Shown: piece after piece, positions 1 through 10,089 of the stretch
Position numbering within the stretch: position 1 is the first letter of the stretch
Layout: every line of letters begins with the position of its first letter
Assembly (NCBI GenBank): GCA_003139415.1
Contig: PLIR01000192.1
Coordinates: forward strand, 3,787 to 49,529
Direction: 5' to 3'
Source of the DNA: Myxococcales bacterium
GTDB taxonomy: Bacteria; Myxococcota_A; Polyangia; Polyangiales; Polyangiaceae
Length of the DNA: 45,743 nucleotides
Translations under genes and position numbers: made by a program
The notes under the pieces: model-generated
Told to the model about the DNA's origin: nothing
Databases searched by the model: none
The model's input: the letters and a program-made list of their open reading frames with translations, nothing else

Positions 1-26
1 GATACAACGAGGATATTCTTGGCCAT
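1..26 (-). CDS. Possible 5' end of a gene running leftward out of the window (8 codons only: MAKNILVV...)
   Basis: The reverse complement of 1-26 reads ATG GCC AAG AAT ATC CTC GTT GTA TC. This resembles the N-terminus of a receiver-domain protein. There is too little sequence to confirm, and the codons are atypically AT-ending. Confidence 0.15.
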
Positions 27-412
27 TCGGAGGGGAACTTTCCCGCCCGACGGCAATGGGTCCCTCAGCCGCGCGCACGCGCACCCCCGACACGACGGCC
101 GCGCTCAAGAGCCTTGTCTTGGCGGGGACGTTCGGTCGATTGCTCACGGGGCTTCAGGAAACTCATTCGCCTTCGGGCGACGCCGCGGCACGTTCGGCGC
201 ATAGCGCGCGGCCCGGCGACAGATGAACACGGCCGCCGGCGCGGAACTAAATCCGCAAGGAACGGCAGCACGCAAACCTTTGCGGGGTAGCGCGTGACCC
301 ATCCGGGCCGGAGAGCGCGTCCCCTATGCTCTTCGCATAGCCGAAACGCGGCCGCCTTGCCAGGCGAATCAGGGCAGAACACAAAAGGGGAAGGCCCTGC
401 CACACGCTTCGG

Positions 413-444
<32 letters not shown>

Positions 445-567
445 TTTCACGCTTCCACGTCGGCAGGGCCGCACGAGGGCGCCGGCGCTGCACGTACCCC
501 GATGAGGCCGTGCAACGAAAGCGACGACGGGGCGCAGCGTAGTCGCAACGCGGTCGTCCGTCGAGGC

Positions 568-1410
568 ATGATGCGCGCCATGAGCCCGCTCGTCGAAATC
601 CGCCTCGTCACCGTGCGCGAGCTTCGCCGCAGCTTTCGGAGCTTCAAGGGGGTGCTGCTTGGCATCATCGCCATCGCCGGCGGGGCGGGAGTCTCGATGC
701 TGCTCGCGTGGATCGATCGGGCCAAGCGTGAGTCCTTGCCGCCCGGCATCGACATCGAGGCGGCCCAGGAGCCCTTCTTCACGGCCTCGTACGGCGAGGA
801 GACCGGCAAGGCCATCGCGGCGTGCCCCTATGCGCTCTGGACGATCCTCGTCGCCACGCTCTGGCTCGGCCCCTTGCTCATCTCGCTGCTCGATTACGAC
901 ACGGTCTCCGGCGAGGTGCAGCACCGCAGCGTGCGTTTCTGGACGGTGCGGACTCGGCGCAGCTCGTACATCCTCGGCAAGGCGCTCGGCGCATGGTTCT
1001 CCGTCCTCGCCGTCACCCTCGGCATGAACGTGATCGTGTGGGGCGTCACGATTGGCGTGGGCAAGGTGCCGCCCGCGCAGGTGCTTGCCTGGGGGGCGCG
1101 GTTCTTCGCGGTGACGATGCCGATCAGCGCGGCCTGGTGCGGCGTCGCGGTGCTCGTGGGGTCGCTCTTTCGCACGCCGATGCTGTCGCTGCTCGCCATC
1201 TCCGCGGCGTTCTCGGGGCTGTGGATCCTGCGGGTGGTGGCGGGGCTCTCGGACTGGCCGTGGCTCGCGTATGCGTACCCCAACTTCTACGACAGCCTGC
1301 TCCTCTCGCCGCGGCCCAGCACCGTGGCGCTCGGCCTCCTCGGAACGGGCGCCATCGCCGCCCTCACGACGGGCGCGGGGGCCTCTCTCTTTCGCATGAG
1401 AGACGTGTAG
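568..1410 (+). CDS. ABC-2 family transporter permease (about 6 TM segments)
   Basis: The ORF spans 421-1410, with the first ATGs at 568/571/580. About six hydrophobic helices are visible (GVLLGIIAIAGGAGVSMLLAWI, YALWTILVATLWLGPLLISLL, LGAWFSVLAVTLGMNVIVWGV, FFAVTMPISAAWCGVAVLVGSLF, MLSLLAISAAFSGLWILRVVAGL, ALGLLGTGAIAALTTGAGASLF). The stop abuts the ATG of the ABC ATPase (TAG ATG at 1408-1413). Confidence 0.75.
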   Translation: MMRAMSPLVEIRLVTVRELRRSFRSFKGVLLGIIAIAGGAGVSMLLAWIDRAKRESLPPGIDIEAAQEPFFTASYGEETGKAIAACPYALWTILVATLWLGPLLISLLDYDTVSGEVQHRSVRFWTVRTRRSSYILGKALGAWFSVLAVTLGMNVIVWGVTIGVGKVPPAQVLAWGARFFAVTMPISAAWCGVAVLVGSLFRTPMLSLLAISAAFSGLWILRVVAGLSDWPWLAYAYPNFYDSLLLSPRPSTVALGLLGTGAIAALTTGAGASLFRMRDV

Positions 1411-2394
1411 ATGGCCTCCCTTCGCTCGCCTTCGCCGGGCGGCTCGGTCGAAGACGCGGCCTTGCGCACCGTCCACCTGACGAAGCGCTTCGGCCAGAAG
1501 ATCGCCGTCGATGACGTCTCGCTCACGGTGCCTGCGGGCGCTGTGTTCGGTCTGGTCGGGCCGAATGGCGCAGGGAAGACGACGACGTTCTCGATCCTCG
1601 CGGGCTATCTGCACCCGAGCGGGGGCCGGGCCGAAGTCCTCGGGTTTGCGCCGACGGCCGTCGATGAGCTCCGCGCTCGCCTCGGCGTCTTGCCACAAGA
1701 CGCGCTCCTGCCGGCGCAGGACACGGTGGGCGAGTTTCTCGTCCATATGGCCGAGTTGCAGGATCTGCCGCACCCCAAGGCCCTGGCCGCGGCGCGCGAG
1801 AGCCTCGACGACGTTGCCGGCCGCGATTGGTGGAACCAGCGCTGCGGCAGTCTGTCGCACGGTATGGCCAAGCGCGTGGCCCTCGCCCAGGCGTTCCTCG
1901 GCGAGCCCGAGGTCGTCTTGCTCGACGAACCGACGGCCGGTCTCGACCCGCGCGTCGCCTTCGAAGTCCGTCAGCTCGTGAAGGCGAAGAAGGGTCGCCG
2001 CACCATCGTCATCTCCAGCCACAACCTGACCGAGCTCGAGGAGACATGCGACTACGCGGCCATCCTCGACCGCGGGAAGATCGTCGCCTCCGGGTCGATG
2101 GCAGAGCTGACGGCCGCCAACCAGGAGGTCCGCATCCAGCTCGCAGCAGGGACCCGGCGCGGGACGACCCCCGGCGAGGTGCCGGTGTCACGCGTGCGCG
2201 ACATCCCCCACGTGACGACCGTCGACCTCCAAGAGGAGCAGCCGGAGCTCGTCGTTGGTTTCGACCGCAGCCAGACCGACGCCGAGGCCATCATCGGCAA
2301 AGTGCTGACGGTGCTCCTGCAGAACGAGGTGCGCATCAGCGGCGTCACCAAGGGCCGCGGCCTCGAGCAGCGCCTAATTGATCTTGTTGGTTAA
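1411..2394 (+). CDS. ABC transporter ATP-binding protein (ABC-2/DrrA-like, with C-terminal extension)
   Basis: Walker A is GPNGAGKTT, the signature-like motif is LSHGMAKRV, Walker B is VVLLDEPTAGLD, and an H-loop SSHN is present. GC3 bias is strong. Confidence 0.93.
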   Translation: MASLRSPSPGGSVEDAALRTVHLTKRFGQKIAVDDVSLTVPAGAVFGLVGPNGAGKTTTFSILAGYLHPSGGRAEVLGFAPTAVDELRARLGVLPQDALLPAQDTVGEFLVHMAELQDLPHPKALAAARESLDDVAGRDWWNQRCGSLSHGMAKRVALAQAFLGEPEVVLLDEPTAGLDPRVAFEVRQLVKAKKGRRTIVISSHNLTELEETCDYAAILDRGKIVASGSMAELTAANQEVRIQLAAGTRRGTTPGEVPVSRVRDIPHVTTVDLQEEQPELVVGFDRSQTDAEAIIGKVLTVLLQNEVRISGVTKGRGLEQRLIDLVG

Positions 2395-2757
2395 CCGGAT
2401 ACCCGGTTCACCATGTGCGCGAGCTCCGCTCGACTCGTCGTTGCGCTTCGCTCCACTCCTCGCTCGACTCCGCTCGCGCGCTCGCGGGCGGCACTGCGGG
2501 CGTGGGGGGAGCGCTCGCGCCGCTCCCCCCACACCCCCCAAGCTGGAGCAAGAAGCGGCGCGCGGAGGCCTCCGCCTCTGATCCCACTGGAGCTTTAGCC
2601 GCCCGCCCGCTCACTCTTCAGGCACGCACAGCGTCTTGCGGGTGGGGGCTCATGGGGGGAGCGGCCGCGCTCCCACCATGCCCGCAGTGTCTTCACCGAG
2701 CGCGCGAGCGGAGTCGAGCGGAGCAAGTGCACATGGTGAAACGGCAATCCCGTTCAC
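2395..2757. repeat. Pair of REP/MITE-like elements in inverted orientation (left copy about 2395-2539, right copy about 2641-2757)
   Basis: The left copy reads ccggatacccgg-TTCACCATGTGC-gcgaGCTCCGCTCGACTC...CCGCTCGCGCGCTCG...ACTGCGGGC-gtGGGGGGAGCGctcgcgcCGCTCCCCCC. The reverse complement of the right copy reads aacgggattgccgtt-TCACCATGTGC-acttGCTCCGCTCGACTC-CGCTCGCGCGCTCG...ACTGCGGGC-atggtGGGAGCGcggcCGCTCCCCCC. Each copy ends in a GC-rich hairpin. The pair fills the whole spacer between the convergent ABC ATPase and uvrA genes. Confidence 0.8.
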
Positions 2758-2767
2758 TAGTACCCTA

Positions 2768-5698
2768 TTAACTAGCCTTGCTTCGCTTCGCCCCCGGAGT
2801 CGTGCGGGCGAGCACCTCGCGCAAGTAGCGCGCGGTGTGTGACCGCTCGACCTTGATGACTTCCTCGGGGGGGCCCGCCGCGACGACCTCGCCGCCGCCC
2901 TCGCCGCCCTCGGGGCCGAGGTCGAGCACCCAGTCCGCGCAGGCCACGACATCGAGGTTGTGTTCGATGACCACGATCGTGTTGCCCTGGTCGCGCAGGT
3001 CCGTCAGCGCGGTGAGCAGGATCTCGATGTCGGCGAAGTGCAGCCCCGTCGTGGGCTCGTCGAGCACGTAGAGCGTGCGGCCCGTGGCCTTGCGCGACAG
3101 CTCGCGTGCGAGCTTCACGCGCTGGGCTTCGCCCCCGGACAGAGTCGTCGCCGGTTGCCCCAGCGACACGTAGCCGAGGCCGACCTTGCGAAGCGCCTCG
3201 AGCTTGTCGGCGATCCGGGGCACGGCGCCGAAGAGCTCGGACGCCGCTTCGACGGTGACGCCCAGCGTGTCGGCGATCGAGAGTCCACGGTATTTCACCT
3301 CGAGCGTCTCGCGGTTGTACCGGAGGCCTGCGCACGCGTCGCAGGCGACGAAGACGTCGGGCAAAAAGTGCATCTCGACGCGAAGGACGCCGTCGCCCTG
3401 GCAGGCCTCGCACCGGCCGCCCTTGACGTTGAACGAGAACCGGCCGGCCTTGTAGCCGCGAGCACGCGCGTCCGGCAGCGCCGCGTAGAGATCGCGGAGC
3501 AGGGCGAAGATGCCCGTGTACGTGGCCGGATTGGAGCGGGGCGTCCGGCCGATCGGCGCCTGATCGATCGAGACGACCTTGTCGATGTGCTCCAGTCCTT
3601 CGACCCGGTCGCACTCGCCTACGGGGACCGTGGCGTTGTAGAGCTTCGCCCTCGCCGCCGGCAGCAGGGTATCGACGATCAAGCTCGACTTGCCGCTGCC
3701 GCTGACCCCCGTGACGCACGTGAACAAGCCCAGGGGGATCTCGGCCGACACGTCACGCAGGTTGTGCGCGCGCGCCCCTACGACGCGCACGCACGCCTTG
3801 GTGCGCGTCCTGCGCTTGGCCGGCACCGGGAGCTGCTTTTTCCCGTTGAGCCACGGCGCCGTGATCGAGCGCGGGTTCGCCATCAGCTCGGCCGGCGATC
3901 CCTGGGCGACGATCTCGCCGCCGTGCACGCCGGCGCCGGGCCCCATGTCGACGACGTGGTCGGCCGCGAGGATCGCTTCGCGGTCGTGCTCGACCACGAT
4001 GACGGTGTTGCCCAAGTCGCGCAGCCGGCCTTGTGCCTCGATGAGGCGCGCGTTGTCGCGGGCGTGAAGGCCGACGCTCGGCTCGTCGAGCACGTACAGG
4101 ACGCCCACGAGGGCGGCGCCGATCTGGGTGGCGAGCCGGATGCGCTGCCCCTCGCCCGACGAGAGCGTCTGCGCGCTGCGATCGAGCGCGAGGTAGTCCA
4201 ACCCGACGTCGATCAGGAAGCCGAGCCGCGCCGCGACCGCCTTGAGCAGCGGTTCGGCGATCGCGCGCTCGCGCGAGCCGAAGGCGTTCGCCTCGTCGGC
4301 TGCCCCGCCCAGCGTCTCGACGAAGTTCCGGACGTGTCGGAGCGGCATCGCTCCGATCTGCGCGACGTCTTTGCCCCCGAGCTTCACGGCCAGCGCTTCG
4401 GGGCGGAGGCGCTTGCCGTGGCAAGCGTCGCAGGTGCGGGTGACGAGGAAACGCCCCAGCTCGTCGTCGGCGATCCCTCCCTCGCCGGCCTCCGGGTCCT
4501 CGGCGTCGGCGGGTTCGACGCGTACGTCGGCCAGGGTGGCCAGGCGCCCTTCGAGCCGCGGCACGACGCCTTCGTAGCCTTTGCGCTTGGTGCCCTCCCG
4601 CTTGCGGTGCTCGCGCGGGGCACGCGCCGGACCTTCACCCGATCGGCCGCCCTTGCCGAAGAGGATCGCCTTGCGCTGCTCTTCCGGCAGCTTGCCCCAC
4701 GGGGCGTCCGGGTTCACGCCCAAAGTCTCGACGGCGGCGGAGACCTCGCCCGCCAGCGCGACGCTGCCGCGGCGGCCCCATGCGAGGACGACGCCCTCGC
4801 GCAGCGTATGCCGAGGGTCGCCCACGCAGCGCTCCGGGTCGACGACGTCGCGCGCGCCGAGACCGTCGCACGCGGGGCAAGCGCCGTGCGGTCCATTGAA
4901 CGAGAACATCCGCGGCTCGATGGGCGGGAGTGAGATCCCGCAGTCGACGCAGGCGAAGCGCTCGCTCATCCAGAACGGCTCGTCGTCGCCGGCCTGCACG
5001 AGGAGGCGTCCCTCGCCGAGCTTGAGCGCCAGCTCGACGCTGTCCGTCAGCCGCGCCTTGAGACCCTCCTTGAGGACGAGGCGATCGACGACGACGTCGA
5101 GGTCGTGCACCTTCGAACGATCGAGCTCGATCTCGTCTCCGAGGTCGACGACCGAGCCGTCGATGCGCGCGCGGACGAAGCCTTCCCGGCGCAGACGTTC
5201 GAGCTCGAGGCGGAGCTCGCCCTTTCGCGCCCGCGCGATCGGCGCGAGCAAGGACAGCCTCGTGCCCTCCGTCATCGAGAGAATCCGGTCGACGATCTGC
5301 TGGACCGTCTGCGCCTCGATGCGCTTTCCGCAGTTCGGGCAGTGGGGAATCCCCACGCGCGCATAGAGCAGGCGCAGGTAGTCGGCGATCTCGGTGACCG
5401 TGCCCACCGTGGATCGCGGCGACTTCGAGAGGGGCCGTTGCTCGATGGCGATGGCCGGGCTGAGGCCCTCGATGCGTTCGACGTCGGGCTTCGCCAGCTG
5501 CTCCAGGAACTGCCGTGCGTAGGCGCTGAGCGACTCGACGTAGCGGCGCTGCCCCTCGGCGTAGATCGTGTCGAAGGCGAGCGACGATTTGCCGGAGCCG
5601 CTCGGCCCCGTCAAAACGATGACCTTGCCCCGGGGCAAGCTCACACTGACGTTCTTCAGGTTGTGCTGCCGGGCGCCGATGACGACGAGACGATCCAC
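2768..5698 (-). CDS. uvrA: Excinuclease ABC subunit A (UvrA)
   Basis: There are two ABC ATPase modules ([10 protein letters not shown] and [11 protein letters not shown]alker A; LSGGEAQR / LSSGEGQR signatures; LDEPTTGLH / LDEPSVGLH Walker B) and Cys4 zinc modules (CPNCG, CVDCG..CPAC, CEAC..CDAC). I prefer the GTG start at 5698 because (V/M)[15 protein letters not shown] aligns with the E. coli N-terminus MDKIEVRGARTHNLKN. A TTG at 5704 is an alternative. The ORF extension to 5878 is rejected. Confidence 0.95.
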   Translation of the reverse strand: MDRLVVIGARQHNLKNVSVSLPRGKVIVLTGPSGSGKSSLAFDTIYAEGQRRYVESLSAYARQFLEQLAKPDVERIEGLSPAIAIEQRPLSKSPRSTVGTVTEIADYLRLLYARVGIPHCPNCGKRIEAQTVQQIVDRILSMTEGTRLSLLAPIARARKGELRLELERLRREGFVRARIDGSVVDLGDEIELDRSKVHDLDVVVDRLVLKEGLKARLTDSVELALKLGEGRLLVQAGDDEPFWMSERFACVDCGISLPPIEPRMFSFNGPHGACPACDGLGARDVVDPERCVGDPRHTLREGVVLAWGRRGSVALAGEVSAAVETLGVNPDAPWGKLPEEQRKAILFGKGGRSGEGPARAPREHRKREGTKRKGYEGVVPRLEGRLATLADVRVEPADAEDPEAGEGGIADDELGRFLVTRTCDACHGKRLRPEALAVKLGGKDVAQIGAMPLRHVRNFVETLGGAADEANAFGSRERAIAEPLLKAVAARLGFLIDVGLDYLALDRSAQTLSSGEGQRIRLATQIGAALVGVLYVLDEPSVGLHARDNARLIEAQGRLRDLGNTVIVVEHDREAILAADHVVDMGPGAGVHGGEIVAQGSPAELMANPRSITAPWLNGKKQLPVPAKRRTRTKACVRVVGARAHNLRDVSAEIPLGLFTCVTGVSGSGKSSLIVDTLLPAARAKLYNATVPVGECDRVEGLEHIDKVVSIDQAPIGRTPRSNPATYTGIFALLRDLYAALPDARARGYKAGRFSFNVKGGRCEACQGDGVLRVEMHFLPDVFVACDACAGLRYNRETLEVKYRGLSIADTLGVTVEAASELFGAVPRIADKLEALRKVGLGYVSLGQPATTLSGGEAQRVKLARELSRKATGRTLYVLDEPTTGLHFADIEILLTALTDLRDQGNTIVVIEHNLDVVACADWVLDLGPEGGEGGGEVVAAGPPEEVIKVERSHTARYLREVLARTTPGAKRSKAS

Positions 5699-5776
5699 GG
5701 TCAAGATGGACCGGTTAGCACGAGAGGGCCGGCCCGCCGAGGCCGCATTGGGCCCATGTGATACCGTCAATTGCGG

Positions 5777-8700
5777 ATGTTCAAGGTCGAGTGCGAGTCG
5801 TGCAAATCGCCGTTTCAGATCGATGAGCGGCGGGTACCGCCCGCGGGTCTGAAGATGCGATGCCCGAAGTGCGGGCACTCCTTCCTCGTCACCACGCCGG
5901 TCACCACGCCGGCGATAGATTTGCCCGCGGCGAAGCCCACGGCCGCCCCGGTCAAGCCGGCGTTCACTCCCGCGGCGGCGCCGCCAATCGCGCCGCCCGC
6001 GCCGGCCGCCGCGTCACCTGCCTCGCCCCAGCGCCCCAAGTCGCCGCTGAGGTCGACGATGGTGGGAGTCGGGGCGGATCTCGGGGTGAAGCAGCCGCTC
6101 GTGCCGCCGACGCTCCAGGCGAAGCCCCCCGTTTTACCAAGGCCGATCAACGTGCCCGCGCCCGCTGAGGTGCACAACGCCGCGACCATCCCGGCCAAAC
6201 CTCCGCCGTCGCCGATGGCTGCCTTGAAGAGGACCATGATGGGCGTGGCCCCGGCGCCCCCCACGGCGTCCGGCGGTGCGCCGGCGGTCCCTCCCGCCAC
6301 GCCGCCCATCGCGCCCCCGGCCGTGGCGCGCCCGGCCCCGCCTCTTCCTCCCATGCGGCCCGAGCTCCCCTCGGACTTTCCGGCGTCGCTGGGCGGTCTC
6401 GACGAACCCGACCTTCCGGTCGTTTCGCCGCCCGCAAAGAAGGCGCCGCCGCCGGCCGTACCGCGAGCGGGCGTCGCGCCCGCCGGGGCGTCCCCTGCCG
6501 CGCCACCGACGGTCTCGCGGGGCCCGCAGCCGCCCGCCAAACCGACGCCGTCGTCGTCGCCCGTCGACGAACTCGACTTCGACCTTCCGGTCGTCTCCGC
6601 CGACTTGCCCGCGACGCGGGGCGCGCCTCCCCCGAAACGTCCTTTGCCCGGCCGACCGATGGACGCGGACCTCCCGGTGGCCGCGGCGGCGAAGGCTCCT
6701 CCGGCGGCGCCGAAGCCATTCGAGCAGGACCTTCCGGTGGTCGCCGCAGGGCCGAAGGCCAAGCTCACCCAGCCTTTCGAGATGGACCTTCCCGTGGCCG
6801 CGGGGCGCGGCGCCAAAGACCTCGACGCCGACCTTCCCATCGTGGCGCCTTCGCTGCCCGATGTCGCGCACTCGCTGCCTGCCGTCGCGCACTCGCTGCC
6901 CGCCGTCGCCGTCGACCTCCCGACGGCCAAGCGCAGGGGGACCTTCGACGACTTGCCCATCGTGTCGGCCGTCGGCTTGCCCTCGCCCGCGCAGCTGCTC
7001 CCCGACGTCGCCGCGTCGCTGCCGATCGCGGGCGGTCCCGCTCTCCCCGCGGTCGCCCACAACAACCTGCCCGTTGCTGCCGGGGGCATGGCGTTCGGGG
7101 AGATCGACCTGCCGACGCCGAACGAATCCGTGCCGCCAAGCTCCCCCCGGCAGCCCTCCGGTCGCCCCCCCAGCGACGAGTTCGCGCTCTTCGGGGACAT
7201 GGACCTGCCGCGCGAGATACCCGCGGGCGTGCCGGGTGCGGGCAAGAGCCAGCCCCCCATCGACCCGGCCGCGGACTTCGGCGACCTGCAGCTCGACGGG
7301 AAGCGCCGGTCGATCCGGCCGCCGACGGGCCGCGCATCCATCGTGCCGTCCCCGGAGCCCACCGGTGGCGCGGAGGTCACGAGGGACGACGGCGGCATGA
7401 GCTTCGGCGAGGTCGAGCTCGGAGGCGGCCACCCGGAGAGCGCCCCGGAGGTGCCTATCGGCACCGAGGCCGCGATCGGCACCGAGGCCGCCATCGGCGC
7501 CGAAGCGCGGATCAGCAGTTCGCCACCCCGGGGGCCGAAGCTCGACGTCGTGATGCCCGTGGCGGTCAAAGGCAAAGAACCACCCAAAGAAGAGACGCCT
7601 CGGCCACGGCGGACACTCGCCATCGGGATCGCGGTCGCCGTGTTCGTCGTCGTCCTCTTGGGCGGCGCCGCGCTGCAGGTCACCCCGTACGGCGCCTTCG
7701 GCTACCTGGTCATCAGCGACATGACTCGGGCCGGCGAGTACGCCAAGGTGACGGCCCAGGCCATCGGCGACGCGCGTGCGACGATGGCCTCCGACACCTT
7801 CGAGAGCGCGAAGAAGGCCGTCGAGGCCGTCGCCGCGGCGCACGCGCGCTTTCCGCGGGCCAATTCGCTCACCGCGGTTGCGGCGTTCGTCGACTACCAG
7901 GCGAACGTCCGCTTCGGGGGCGACACGGCGCGGGGCGCGCGAGCCAAGCAGTTGCTGACGACGCTGCCATCCAACCAGGTCGTCCCCTACGCCGACGCGG
8001 CGGCGGGCGCCCAGACGGCCGAGAGCGGGGAGCTGGATCGCGCGGGCAAGGAGCTCGACGCGGCCGCGCGCAACCCGGCCGACGCCGCGCTTCAGGGCGA
8101 GATCGCGCTGCTGCGCGGCGAGGTGGCGCTTTCCGCGGGCGACGGCGGCGCTGCCCTCGCGGCTTTCAAGCGCGCCCTCGGCCTGGGCGACGACGCGCGC
8201 GCTCACTTTGGCCTCGCGCGAGCCTACGACCTGATGCACGACGCGTCGGCCACTCAGCGCGAGATCGCCGCCACCCTCGCCAAGTCTCCGCAGCACGTGG
8301 GCGCGCTGACGCTCCGCGCGCGCCCGAGGAGCGGGCAGGTGGATGCGGCCGCGGCGGTCGCGGACCTGGCCGTCGTATTGGACGGTCCGGCTCGCGCCAA
8401 GGCGTCCCCCACGGAGCTCTCCGCGGCCTACGCAGCCAGGGCGTGGGTCAGCCTCGACAAGGGGGCCGCGAGCGACGCGCGCGACGCGTTCACGCAGGCG
8501 GTCACGCTCGACGCCCGCAACTTCGACGCGTTGAACGGCCAAGGGCGACTGTTCCTGAACGAGGGGCGGTACACCGAGGCCCTCGCCCGGTTCGACGCGG
8601 CGCTGCTCATCGATCCGAACTCCCCCGAGACGATCGCCAACGACGCCGAAGCGAAGCTCGCTCTCGAGCGGCTGGCCGACGCCAAGCAGCAGCTCGTCGC

Positions 8701-10078
8701 CGCCCGTGAGCGGTTCCCGAAGAGCATTCCGGTGCTCATCCTCCTCGGCAAGGTCGAGCATCACCTTGGCAACAACGACGCGGCCGAGGCCGACCTGCGC
8801 GCGGCGACGGCGTACGTCGACCCTTCGCGCGCCGGCGCCGTCCTGCCGTACGTGGCCCTCTCGGAGCTGCTCTCCGAGCGCGGGCACCTGAGCGACGCGC
8901 GCGCCACGCTCGACGACGCGAAGAAGTCGCTCCCCGAGTCCGCCGCGCTGGAGCGCGCCTTCGGCGAAGTGAGCGAGCTGCAAGGCGACTACGACGCCGC
9001 GATGGGCCACTACCGCGCGGCGCTCGCCCGCGACTCGAAGGACGTGGCCTCCCACTTCCGGCTCGGGGTCGCGCTCCTGCGGCTGCGCAAGTTCGACGAG
9101 GCGGGCGACGAGTTCGACAAGGTCGCGGCCGTCGATAAGGAGTACCCGGGACTCTCACTCGAGCGGGGCGTCCTGTTCGAAGCCTCCGGCGACGTGCAGC
9201 GGGCGATCGAGCAGTTCAACGGAGCGCTCGCGAAGGCCCCGGACGACCCGGACCTGCAGCTGCGCGTGGGGAGCGCGTACGTGTCGATCGGCCGTCCCGA
9301 CGAGGCCCTGCCCATGCTGCGCAAGGTGCTCGAGAAGAGGCCGCAGAGCGCCGAGGCCCACCACTTCATCGGTCGGGCCCTGATGCTCCAGGCGGGGCCC
9401 GCGGCCGTCGACGCCCTGCGCTACCTGAAACGCGCCGTCGAGCTCGATCCGAACCGCGCCGAGTACCACGTGTACCTCGCCTGGGCCGCCAACGACGCGA
9501 ACCCCGCGGAGCTCGAGACTGCCCGAGACGAGGTCGACAAGGCCCTCGCGCTCGACAAGGTCAACGCCGAAGCCTACTGGCAGCGCGGGATCGTCGAGCG
9601 CGTCACCGCCGCCCTCGACGACGCCATCAAGGACGAGAAGCGCGCCCTCGAGCTTCGCCCGTCACGCTACGAGGCGCACGCGACGCTCGCCGAGTGCTAC
9701 ACGGACAAGAACGACAGCGCGGCCGCGCTCGCGGAGTGGGCGAAGGCCATGGCGGGCGATGGGACGGCGACGCAGGACGACGGGACGGTGAAGCACCCGT
9801 TCTGGCACTGGCGCTACGGCCGGCTCCTCAAGGAGCAGGCCGGCACCAGCGCGGCGTTGCCGCAGTTCTTGCTGGCCCTCCCGACGGCGGAGAAGCTGAC
9901 ACCGCGCCCCGGCTGGCTGGCGGATCTCGAGTTCGCGTCGGCCGAGGGGCTCCGCCGAATGGGCCGCCGCACCGAAGCCGTCGAGCACTACCAGCGCTTC
10001 ATCGAGCTCGCGACGGTCAACTCGCCGGACTTGGCGGACGCCAAAGAAGCCCTGCAGCAATTGACGGGACAGCGCTGA
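5777..10078 (+). CDS. MJ0042-type zinc-ribbon / proline-rich 'DLP'-repeat / single-TM / TPR-repeat protein (1433 aa)
   Basis: The N-terminus [36 protein letters not shown] contains CxxC...CxxC. It is followed by about 550 aa of Pro/Ala-rich low-complexity sequence with about 11 DLP[VIT] motifs. A TM helix ([20 protein letters not shown]) comes next, then about 800 aa of TPR-like repeats (A..Y..AL..DP). The ATG is at 5777 and the track ORF opens at a TTG at 5771. Confidence 0.85.
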   Translation: MFKVECESCKSPFQIDERRVPPAGLKMRCPKCGHSFLVTTPVTTPAIDLPAAKPTAAPVKPAFTPAAAPPIAPPAPAAASPASPQRPKSPLRSTMVGVGADLGVKQPLVPPTLQAKPPVLPRPINVPAPAEVHNAATIPAKPPPSPMAALKRTMMGVAPAPPTASGGAPAVPPATPPIAPPAVARPAPPLPPMRPELPSDFPASLGGLDEPDLPVVSPPAKKAPPPAVPRAGVAPAGASPAAPPTVSRGPQPPAKPTPSSSPVDELDFDLPVVSADLPATRGAPPPKRPLPGRPMDADLPVAAAAKAPPAAPKPFEQDLPVVAAGPKAKLTQPFEMDLPVAAGRGAKDLDADLPIVAPSLPDVAHSLPAVAHSLPAVAVDLPTAKRRGTFDDLPIVSAVGLPSPAQLLPDVAASLPIAGGPALPAVAHNNLPVAAGGMAFGEIDLPTPNESVPPSSPRQPSGRPPSDEFALFGDMDLPREIPAGVPGAGKSQPPIDPAADFGDLQLDGKRRSIRPPTGRASIVPSPEPTGGAEVTRDDGGMSFGEVELGGGHPESAPEVPIGTEAAIGTEAAIGAEARISSSPPRGPKLDVVMPVAVKGKEPPKEETPRPRRTLAIGIAVAVFVVVLLGGAALQVTPYGAFGYLVISDMTRAGEYAKVTAQAIGDARATMASDTFESAKKAVEAVAAAHARFPRANSLTAVAAFVDYQANVRFGGDTARGARAKQLLTTLPSNQVVPYADAAAGAQTAESGELDRAGKELDAAARNPADAALQGEIALLRGEVALSAGDGGAALAAFKRALGLGDDARAHFGLARAYDLMHDASATQREIAATLAKSPQHVGALTLRARPRSGQVDAAAAVADLAVVLDGPARAKASPTELSAAYAARAWVSLDKGAASDARDAFTQAVTLDARNFDALNGQGRLFLNEGRYTEALARFDAALLIDPNSPETIANDAEAKLALERLADAKQQLVAARERFPKSIPVLILLGKVEHHLGNNDAAEADLRAATAYVDPSRAGAVLPYVALSELLSERGHLSDARATLDDAKKSLPESAALERAFGEVSELQGDYDAAMGHYRAALARDSKDVASHFRLGVALLRLRKFDEAGDEFDKVAAVDKEYPGLSLERGVLFEASGDVQRAIEQFNGALAKAPDDPDLQLRVGSAYVSIGRPDEALPMLRKVLEKRPQSAEAHHFIGRALMLQAGPAAVDALRYLKRAVELDPNRAEYHVYLAWAANDANPAELETARDEVDKALALDKVNAEAYWQRGIVERVTAALDDAIKDEKRALELRPSRYEAHATLAECYTDKNDSAAALAEWAKAMAGDGTATQDDGTVKHPFWHWRYGRLLKEQAGTSAALPQFLLALPTAEKLTPRPGWLADLEFASAEGLRRMGRRTEAVEHYQRFIELATVNSPDLADAKEALQQLTGQR

Positions 10079-10089
10079 CTGGCCGCGGA

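Noticed and set aside
2378-2842. Cluster of 60-118-aa ORFs in the ABC/uvrA spacer
   Set aside because: They are generated by the inverted repeat element on both strands and have no coding signature.
2960-4933. 657-aa plus-strand ORF and several 200-300-aa ORFs inside uvrA (for example 2772-3719, 3753-4424, 4581-5366, 5105-5761)
   Set aside because: They are antisense or out of frame to an unambiguous UvrA. They lack motifs and have an Arg/Pro-rich composition.
5699-5878. N-terminal 60-codon extension of the uvrA ORF
   Set aside because: It would overlap the divergent zinc-ribbon gene start. The UvrA N-terminus aligns exactly from the GTG at 5698.
6134-9055. 973-aa and 622-aa minus-strand ORFs (6134-9055, 5815-7683), plus the plus-strand ORF 6276-7400
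   Set aside because: They are shadows of the Pro/Ala-rich and TPR regions of the 1433-aa gene. Their translations are dominated by Arg/Gly/Pro runs.
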